From Nitrosopumilaceae archaeon (GTDB lineage: Archaea; Thermoproteota; Nitrososphaeria; Nitrososphaerales; Nitrosopumilaceae), in contig OZ242376.1 of assembly GCA_965209085.1 (NCBI GenBank), forward strand, positions 1,088,001-1,152,000: 64,000 bases of DNA, given 5' to 3'. Below the pieces are notes generated by a model. It did no database searches and had not been told where the DNA came from. It saw only the letters and a list, made by a program, of their open reading frames with translations. The translations under genes and the position numbers were made by a program. This document shows, one piece after another, positions 61,801 to 64,000 of the stretch. Numbering within the stretch: position 1 is the stretch's first letter; each line of letters opens with the position of its first letter.

Positions 61801-64000
61801 TATAGTATCGCCGGCATTTCCTGCAGCATCTGCGGGGGCAGTGTATACAAGCGTGTACGTGGCTATTACATTTGTATTTACAGTACCTGTGCCATTTACA
61901 ACAATATCATCATATGAGGCATCAGTTGCAACAGCGCCCAGATCTATAAATACAGTACCCAATACGATAACTGAATTATTAATTCCGCGCAGTGTTATGC
62001 TAGGTGGTGTATTATCTACTGCAAGTGGCATACTTGAGTCATTTTGCGTAAGGCGTACAGTGAGGCTGTTGTCATTATTTGAAATGTAAATCTCAAATGC
62101 AAGGTTTTCAGTATCTGCAATGGATTCGGAAACTTGGAGTGTAAATTGGGCCTGCGTTTGCGTCTTTAACAGGGAGGTGGAAATTCCAGCAATTGTTGCA
62201 CTTGCATTTCCAATTATTCCATCCGTTATGACAGTTAAAGTGAGCGTATCGCCAATTCTCGCAAACGAGGTATTTTTTGCATTATTACTAGATAAACTCA
62301 GCGAGGTGGCAGCAATCGCAATGTCTGTTACGTAAAGACTTCGTTGTACCGAATCCGGGAAATTGCCTGCTGCATCAGGTGTGCCAGTATATGTTATGGT
62401 AAAAATTCCAGTCTGCAATGTCGATATACTTGAAACTGAGACTGAACCATTATACGAGGGATTTCCAAGATCAGATATGGCATATCCGGGATCAATGTAT
62501 GCGGTGTTTTGTATTACGCTCTGAGCGCCTTTCATTAATGATATGACAGGTTTCACAGTATCAATAGTAACATGCGAGTCATCGGTGAGTTGCCCATTTG
62601 ATAGTGATGTTTGGGAGCCGTCAGATTCAGTAACAGTTATTGAAAATAAAACATTTCCATTTGCCGTATCAGATGACACTATGGCAGTAAATACCGCCTG
62701 ACTGCCAGAAAATACAGATGTAAATGATTCTCCAAATATTGTACCTGTTGCACCGTTGGGACTTGATGTACCTGTATCAAGTGTAACTTTTACATTCTGA
62801 CCTGCGCGTGCAAAGTTGTTGCCAGATGTGCTTGTAATGGACAGCGAGGATACTGGGATTGAATCCACGTTTATTACCAGAACGGTTCTATCTATTGACG
62901 GACCCGGATTTCCTGCAGAATCATCATTTACAGTATATGTTCGGGTAAGAGAAGAGCCTACTGTGCCAGTATTTACATTTCCAACGTCAGTATAGGTGTA
63001 ACTTTGCACATAGTTTGGGTCCCCATCAGAGGCAATGACGCCGGGGATGAACAATGGGGCATTTCTTGGGATGGTATAGTCAGCATTACCAGTTAGTGTT
63101 ACTCTGGGGGGGATTGTATCTACAAATACGTTGGATGTGAAATCATCATGTATTATTCGTATGCTGTCCCCATGTATGTTTGCAACATTTGCCTCAAATG
63201 TAGCATACTCTTCGCTTTGAATGGATGGAACAGTTGTGGTGGCAATAAAATTTTTGCCGCTTACAGTTACAGTCGGGTTTAATCCCAACAGTTGGCTTGT
63301 ATGAGATGAGATTGTATCATTTATGGTAAATTGTACGGTGAGTGTATCGCCTGTTTTGGCATATGCTGGATTTGCATTGTTGCTAGTTATGTTAACCGGT
63401 TGTGTTGATTCCAGTTTTATGATTTGGATGCCGTCCTCAAATGATGTTGCCAAAATATATGTCAAGTCATCTATGGTTATAACAGAGATTTCTCTTGGAC
63501 TGTTCAAATTTGTATAACCATTCTCATTGTCTACAATGGCAGATGTCGGCAGAGGGTTGTATGGGTCTGTAATGTCTATGATTTGGACGCTGTCATCACT
63601 AATGGCTACCACTAGGGCAAAAACTGATGTGGCGATTGTTGTAGTGATTGTTGTAGTGGTGATGTAATATGCGTCGCTTAGTTTGTCATAACCGCCTATG
63701 CCATCGGTAATGGTTGGTGCCGGTTGTGGGTTGTATGGGTCTGTAATGTCTATGATTTGGACGCTATCATCATTAATGACTGCCGCTAGGGCAAAAGTTG
63801 ATGATCCGATTGTTACGGCAGTAATACTATATACGCCGTCTAGTTTATCATAACCGTCTTTGCCATTGGTAATGCTTGATGCCGGTTGTGGGTTGTATGG
63901 GTCTGTAATGTCTATGATTTGGATACCATCATCAACAAAAGCTGCCACTAGGGCATAGGTGGATGATCCGATTTTTATGGCAGTAATGCCTAGTGCGCCA
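40852..64000 (-). CDS. Giant surface protein/adhesin (>7,715 aa, 5' end beyond window): LVIVD-repeat beta-propellers alternating with DUF5011-like Ig domains
   Basis: Frame is open to the window edge. ~40-aa blades (YALVA..DDGVQIIDITDPYNP), Ig modules (DTI.P.I.L.G...DPGATA.D...AGN.G...RTV), many NxS/T sequons, no obvious C-terminal TM anchor. Confidence 0.9.
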   Translation of the reverse strand, partial: GALGITAIKIGSSTYALVAAFVDDGIQIIDITDPYNPQPASSITNGKDGYDKLDGVYSITAVTIGSSTFALAAVINDDSVQIIDITDPYNPQPAPTITDGIGGYDKLSDAYYITTTTITTTIATSVFALVVAISDDSVQIIDITDPYNPLPTSAIVDNENGYTNLNSPREISVITIDDLTYILATSFEDGIQIIKLESTQPVNITSNNANPAYAKTGDTLTVQFTINDTISSHTSQLLGLNPTVTVSGKNFIATTTVPSIQSEEYATFEANVANIHGDSIRIIHDDFTSNVFVDTIPPRVTLTGNADYTIPRNAPLFIPGVIASDGDPNYVQSYTYTDVGNVNTGTVGSSLTRTYTVNDDSAGNPGPSIDRTVLVINVDSIPVSSLSITSTSGNNFARAGQNVKVTLDTGTSSPNGATGTIFGESFTSVFSGSQAVFTAIVSSDTANGNVLFSITVTESDGSQTSLSNGQLTDDSHVTIDTVKPVISLMKGAQSVIQNTAYIDPGYAISDLGNPSYNGSVSVSSISTLQTGIFTITYTGTPDAAGNFPDSVQRSLYVTDIAIAATSLSLSSNNAKNTSFARIGDTLTLTVITDGIIGNASATIAGISTSLLKTQTQAQFTLQVSESIADTENLAFEIYISNNDNSLTVRLTQNDSSMPLAVDNTPPSITLRGINNSVIVLGTVFIDLGAVATDASYDDIVVNGTGTVNTNVIATYTLVYTAPADAAGNAGDTISRTVNVLNVAQLAFENKFIHSPSGSLIRGIDFPDPIFTNNINLFETSGKTYALLAHGSSGAWIIADVTNPASPSLVYVNASYASAYKTSIFTIDNNQYAITAGSTGTNRIIDISLPASPSVIATLVNGTEYPRLYNAQSVTTVTIGASTFALFASGNPSNGVQIIDVTNPHSPSPVSYLTDDTDGYLELGDANDITTVTIGASVYALVASYDNGIQIIDITDPYNPLPASSITDGMDGYDELDGPYSITTVTVGSSVYALAASINDDGVQIINITDPYNPSNASSTTEGIGGYDELDGPYSITTATVGSSVYALVVSIFDEGIQTIDITNPYNPKPAYSFMDNTDGYENLDDSRAVITATINGKIYAFIASNDGLQIIKLESPPVNIISNNTNPAYAKTGDTLTVQFTINDTISSHTSQILGLNPAVSISGADFSATITVPSVQTESYATFAVQVANAEGTTLFVTESAIPQNSRIFIDTIAPEISLIGNSSFTVPLNSIDPPIPGVIITDGDSNYPDTFTTAIIGTLDTGMINSTVTYTYTAATDGAGNAGPSVTRTVTVSNSSQTFVTSLGISGTGSDNFVRAGQTVSLTLVLDSFDPISVSGTLFGTNATPVISGNTVTLSATISDQSPNGDAMFTILLENARGNILYMTNSEITDNSYVTIDTIKPAISLRGTDNVNVAKGAIFTDPGAIATDASYANTIVNGTGTVNTNVAGTYTLNYAAPADVAGNQGNTVSRTVNVLNVAQLALETKFIHSPSGILTRGTDFPTVISADSINLFETSGKTYVLLAHGSIGAWIIADVTNPALPSVVFSNTSFASTYKTSIFTIDNNQYAIAAGGNGATRIIDISSPASPSVIATLVNGTDYPRLYNALGVTTVTIGASTFALFASASPSNGVQIIDVTNPHNPSPVSYLTDDTDGYFELGHAFGITTVTIGASVYALAIGFLDDGVQIINITDPYNPLPASNITDGIDGYDELDGPYDITTVTVGSSVYALVTGAVDDGVQIINITNPYNPLPASSVTDEVGGYNTLDDPYDITTVTVGSSVYALVASFNDDGIQIIDITDPYNPQPAYSLTDNTGGYVNLDNSRDIITATINGKIYAFIASNNDGLQIIKLDYTSITLTGDNSNPAYAKTADTLTLQFTVNDTISSHTSQLLGLNPAVSISGADFSATITVPPVQTESYATFAIQVANAEGTTLFVTESAIPQNSRIFIDTIAPEISLIGPSSFTVPLNSIDPSIPGVIITDGDPNYPYTFTTAIIGTLDTSVINSTVTYTYTAATDGAGNAGPSITRTVTVSNSSQTLVTSLGISGAGSDNFARAGHTVSLTLVLDSFDPISVSGTLFGTNATSAISGNTVTLSATISDQSPNGDAMFTILLENAGGNILYMTNSEITDNSYVTIDTIKPAISLRGTDNVNIAKGAIFTDPGATATDASYSNTIVNGTGTVNTNVAGTYTLTYAAPADGAGNQGNTISRTVIVLDAAPLAFVTKFIHSPSGILTKGTDFSTNIPPTTINLFETSGKTYALLTEGSSAAWIIADVTNPALPSIVFNNTGFIPAYKTSIFTIDNTQYAIAAGGIGNTSILDISSPASPSVIATLVNGTEYPRLYNAQSVTTVTIGASTFALFASASPTNGVQIIDVTNPLSPSNVSYLTDDTDGYLELGGAFDITTVTIGASVYALVASNNDDGVQIIDITDPYNPSNASSVTDGMHGYDKLDGAYGITTVTVGSSVYALVASFNDDSIQIINITDPYNPSNASSVTDGIDGYDELDGPYRITTVTVGSSVYALTVSINDDGVQIIDITDPYNPQPTYSLTDNTGGYVNLDNPRDVITATINGKIYAFIASNNDGLQIIKLDYTSITLTGDNSNPAYAKTGDTLTLQFTVNDTISSHTSQILGLTPAVSISGADFSATITVPPVQTESYATFAIQVANAEGTTLFVTESAIPQNSRIFIDTIAPEISLIGPSSFTVPLNSIDPSIPGVIITDGDPNYPDTFTTAIIGTLNTSVINSTVTYTYTAATDGAGNAGPSITRTVTVSNSSQTFVTSLGISGTGSDNFARAGQTVSLTLVLDSFDPTSVSGTLFGINATSAISGNTVTLSATISDQSPNGDAMFTILLENAGGNILYVTNSEITDNSYVTIDTIKPAISLRGTDNVNVAKGAIFTDPGATATDASYSNTIVNGTGTVNTNVAGTYTLTYAAPADVAGNQGNTISRTVIVLDAAPLAFVTKFIHSPSGILTKGTDFSTNIPPTTINLFETSGKTYALLTEGSSAAWIIADVTNPALPSIVFNNTGFIPAYKTSIFTIDNTQYAIAAGGIGNTSILDISSPASPSVIATLVNGTEYPRLYNAQSVTTVTIGASTFALFASASPTNGVQIIDVTNPLSPSNVSYLTDDTDGYLELGGAFDITTVTIGASIYALVASNNDDGVQIIDITDPYNPSNASSVTDGMHGYDKLDGAYGITTVTVGSSVYALVASFNDDSIQIINITDPYNPSNASSVTDGIDGYDELDGPYRITTVTVGSSVYALTVSINDDGVQIIDITDPYNPQPTYSLTDNTGGYVNLDNPRDIITATINGKIYAFIASNNDGLQIIKLDYTSITLTGDNSNPAYAKTGDTLTLQFTVNDTISSHTSQILGLTPAVSISGADFSATITVPPVQTESYATFAIQVANAEGTTLSVTESGIPQNSRTFIDTIAPEISLIGNSSFTVPLNSIDPSIPGVIITDGDPNYPYTFTTAIIGTLDTGVINSTVTYTYTAATDGAGNAGPSITRTVTVSNSSQTLVTSLGISGTGSDNFARAGHTVSLTLVLDGFDPTSVSGTLFGTNATSAISGNTVTLSATISDQSPNGDAMFTILLENAGGNILYMTNSEITDNSYVTIDTIRPAISLRGAQNITIAQGVTFMDPGAVATDASYADTIVYSTSTISTSTVGTYTLSYTAANDAAGNLGSTITRTVNVQNAAHIGFKHNFVDTPAGKITSTNGKTFNTVNFFEISNTPYVLMGSGDGYLIIADITNPILPVITYSNDSFVNANYTTIYKDGSTTYAVSSDTNGDSVSIIDISDPESPTLTTTISNNNGSYPKLDAPHDIAVTTIGGQIYAAVASSASNAVQFIRITTPSSHTSFGAATVFGAQGITTATINDAHFALVAAYDYDSVQIIRINNPNPSSASVVSFASDSTTYPELDGAADITVVKIGSTSFALVASYLDDGVQILNLNSAFLPKSASYITDNATYPELDGAFKIITVKLGTSVFALVAASIDDGIQVIDITDPFNPSPASAIADNTGGYENLDDPRDISIAIIDGLTYALVISRTEGLQIIKMDYAPTTLTLTGDNSNPAFVKTGDTLTLDFTITDAISSHTSQIQSSTPSVTINGENYHATLTVPSAPIESYATFAVGVTNAAGITLFVTESDLSAGGNIFVDTIRPRISLVDPSYQTVLVGSANPSIPGAVATDGSPGYVAEYTSSVSGTLDTSTVGSTVIYTYTANSDAAGNSGMSITRTVSVIDYDPINITSLTVSSDNSNASGNYAKSGDKIRITLRTVGSDIGVATGNILGGNFTSNPFGGNTLFEKTITNDDTNGNLTFSIRVTNSTGHAIRITQDNLTGENLIIDTIPPLLYLYGANNTVSHLGVTYADDGAYSYDTSYGKQDVSGTGAVNTNSVAEYVITYAVSDWAGNQRQITRAISVEILPEISLTNQIYSFLASPTSNVTKSAAYPHLKDPRNLEIAQIGGTTYALAIGFGGNSITILNINDPQSPSLVFSANTSTANYEKLNGVLGISVIQIQSKTYAVTASAFSNSVIMMDITNPASPIVTSSIVKGTNYPFLDVPYSVSTVHIDNNAYALVPSYPNNWVAILDITNPASPIHVGVMKNGTDYALNGVQYVTTVNIDGSTYVLAASRNGNNIAIINISNPASPVQVGVINDNDDLELYHVIRIEILHQNGRIYALATGGDNGVQIIDITHMELPFPVSAVQNENGYPALVLARDIATIRVENSTYALAPSDSTNTVQIIDITNPQLPQPVSAIGSNTDTSYLADPYAIETVTINGDAYAVVTSRTSDGVQIIKLEHAIESIPSAFSIASNNANDMYAKAGDTISMQLAVNDTIFSYTVQFVNPSVSATTTFGLNTINASITIPVMNIQGYANYTVSLENSFGVELNLTQDDIIGQNVFVDTIPPGIELIGPAQYTVFVGAQNPTIPGAKALDDSPGYSISNYTVTSDPLNTSNIGDTATYTYTANADAAGNLGISLTRTVSVIGYDPINITSLTVSSDNSNASGNYAKAGDKIRITLRTDGSDIGEATGSILGGNFTSNPFGGNILFEKIITNDDTNGELTFSIRVTNSTDHGIRITQDNLTGENLIIDTIPPMLYLYGVNNTPSPLDVPYADDGAYSYDTSYGNKTILPTGSVTTTSVGNYTLTYTAPDDYAGNPGPTITRTVIVKSFPKLEITQLTINIATPSHRYLKAGGAFDIVITVNDTIAASAATATVFEISNLVQSQSNNTLRIVNTVPSPSNLEQNITFNITVKNSNGVSITVTENNLTGPNVFVDTIPPNITLIGPANRTIVLDSAYTDPGATARDGDPNYSGNYTAQVNPPLNTSIIGVFVYTYKADDDNAGNLGDSISRTVTVVVVDPINITSLTVSSDNSNASGNYAKSGDKIRITLRTDGSDIGGATGSILGGNFTSNPFGGNTLFEKTITNDDTNGNLTFDIYVTNSSDYAIRVTQDDLTSENIIIDTTAPNITLNGANNTISILNRTYADKNATAYDLSYGNKTILPTGSVTTTSVGNYTLTYTAPDDYAGNPGSTITRTVIVKSFPKLEITQLTIDIATPSHRYIKAGDAFDIVITVNDTVAASAATATVFEISKSAQYISNNSLRIVNTVPSSSNLEQNITFVITVVNSNGVSTTVTENNLTGSNVFVDTIPPNITLIGPANTTIAQDRAYTDPGATARDGDPNYSGNYTAQVNPPLNTSIIGAVFVYTYKADDDNAGNLGDSISRTVTVVVVDPINITSLTVSSDNSNASGNYAKAGDKIRITLRTDGSDIGGATGSILGGNFTSNPFGGNTLFEKTITNDDTNGNLTFDIYVTNSTDHAIRITQDNLTGENLIIDTIPPLLYLYGANNTVSHLGATYADDGAYSYDTSYGKQDVSGTDTVNANSVGEYVVTYAVSDWAGNQRQITRDISVEILPEISLTNQIYSFLASPTSNVTKSAAYPHLEDPRNLEIAQIGGTTYALAIGYGGSSITILDISDPQSPSLVFSANTSTANYENLNGVIGISVIQIQSKTYAVTASLFSNSVTMMDITNPASPIVTSSIVKGTNYPFLDVPYSVSTVHIDNNAYALVPSSPNNWVAILDITNPASPIHVGVMKNGTDYALNGVQYVTTVNIDGSTYVLAASRNGNNIAIINISNPASPVQVHVISDSNGVDLELSNVVAIEILHQNGRIYALATGDDNGVQIIDITHMELPFPVSAVQNENEYPALVSAQDIATIRVENSTYALAPSKPANAVQIIDITNPQLPQPVSAIGSNTDTSYLADPYAIETVTINGDAYAVVTSRTSDGVQIIKLEHAIESIPSAFSIASNNANDMYAKAGDTISMQLAVNDTIFSYAVQFVNPSVSATTTFGLNTINASITIPTASIQGYANYTVSLENSLKVTLNLTQDDIIGQNVFVDTIPPGIELIGPAQYTVFVGTQNPTIPGAKALDESPGYSVSNYTVTFGPLNTSNIGDTVTYTYTADADAAGNLGASINRTVSVIDYDPINITSLTVSSDNSNASGNYAKAGDVIRITLRTDGSDIGGATGNILGGNFTSNSFGGNTLFEKTITNDDTNGNLTFDIYVTNSSDYAIRVTQDDLTSENIIIDTTAPNITLNDANNTISILNRTYADKNATAYDLSYGNKTILPTGSVTTTSVGNYTLTYTAPDDYAGNPGPTITRTVIVKSLPKLEITQLTIDIATPSHRYLKAGDAFDIVITANDTISASAATATVFEISKSAQYISNNSLSIANTVPSSSNLEQNITFVITVVNSNGVSTTVTENNLTGSNVFVDTIPPNITLIGPANTTIVLDSAYTDLGATARDGDPNYSDNYTVQVNPPLNTSILGAVFVYTYKADDDNAGNLGDSINRTVTVVDFDPIIFTSLIVNSDNSNSSYAKSGDVITITLVTDGSDIGNATGNIQDGNFTASASGGSISLTKIVTQSDTNGNLTFSIRVENSTNNVIHVTQNDLTGENLIIDTIPPNITLNGANNTNAEYGQTYTDPGATATDTSYASDMTITGDTVVDTFTQDTYKISYKAPDDPAGNLGPIITRIVTVSDTTPSMLDSLNITSNNGNPAYAKAGDLVTITLTANEIISHVTVEIANITTINTIQNNTLYANYTVQDGQDGPVAFNITVYFISSPTLTVNASDLDSANIIIDTEKPLITLSGPLNYTIPINQNYTDYNATVADNDLLYTGTVSSNVSNLNVSIIGENTITYTAPADNAGNVPNNATRTITVSGIIVNVFSDSAYSSNLAKSGDLITVKITSDLYIGSTLTSATILGRSADATLITGNTIYANITVQSGDTNGNTTFAIILDKNGIPSTINQDAITSTNVVVDTKAPTINSSTTLTPYLVSVAFDESIAITADIDFVLKITGYSLTSFNVKDGSAIPKSILEITITPSTPFESNSQPEIQFDISSNFGELTDLAGNSLSFTTITVSDGIKPSMKSATVVSSNLIEVYFDENVQFIPGTAPLQLLDIDGSLTFISSSISGNTLSISPFLTSFPDAVLNISITEYSSNIEDTSGNIFTASSILTNNTHSMGQYISNDRTIVIQYNMTINPATLDISDYTVSYGLIVDATIDSIALSNDDTTVTLTMTSPFGTGTTPFIEQSGDILNILGDSVNLTRTSTQDLAPPVLVSAISTTTTEIILTFSEPITAPSDNAINYAIIGIEIQDVTKIGSNTVLISINQFTSTVVQITLLSNIQDFSGNTAEREIDRNVFKRG
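44300..51300 (-). repeat. Duplicated propeller+Ig block (~2.5 kb copies offset by ~4.49 kb) plus ~1.1-kb Ig-module repeats
   Basis: Matching antisense ORFs at 44885/49376 and 46280/50765; the DPINITSLTVSSDNSNASGNYAK module occurs 5 times. Boundaries approximate. Confidence 0.85.
53050..61940 (-). repeat. About four tandem units of 2217 bp (739 aa)
   Basis: Matching antisense ORFs at 53624/55841/58058/60275 (spacing 2217). Boundaries approximate. Confidence 0.9.

Noticed and set aside
41075-63517. Dozens of repeated plus-strand ORFs
   Set aside because: Antisense shadows of the giant minus-strand gene; they repeat with its period and have no independent motifs.
53900-64000. ~120-bp periodic repeats as a CRISPR array or DGR template/variable repeats
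   Set aside because: They are in-frame coding blades without a constant-repeat/unique-spacer structure. No cas or reverse transcriptase gene is in the window.

Overview
Archaeal window. Gene content (cofG/cofH, PAC2, Elp3, class I LysRS, JAB protein, A54-type tRNA-Arg) points to a Nitrosopumilaceae/Cenarchaeum-like thaumarchaeote; the IS load and giant surface protein suggest a host-associated lineage (inference). Four parts. (1) 1-6.2 kb: an IS graveyard (IS5/IS903-like, two IS630, IS66-like) followed by an aberrant tRNA-like gene with a Ser-type body and a UCU anticodon. (2) 6.3-19.4 kb: core genes. (3) 19686-40470: an AT-rich ~20.8 kb island integrated at the 3' end of tRNA-Arg(GCG), with a 13-bp att repeat and a tyrosine integrase. 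It carries a DNA phosphorothioation cluster dndB-C-D-E-A that continues on the same strand into ParB, ParB-HTH-only, beta-CASP nuclease and HEPN genes (the HEPN gene is cleanly split by an IS5). It also carries a DUF262-HNH (GmrSD/SspE-like) gene, an ApeA-like HEPN gene and a degenerate NurA-like gene. No dndFGH or pbeABCD is recognisable, so this is the best candidate for an undescribed system. (4) 40.85-64 kb: the 3' part of a >7,700-aa LVIVD-propeller/Ig-repeat surface protein whose duplicated propellers differ mainly at specific loop positions. All family calls come from motif recognition by eye; no database searches were run.
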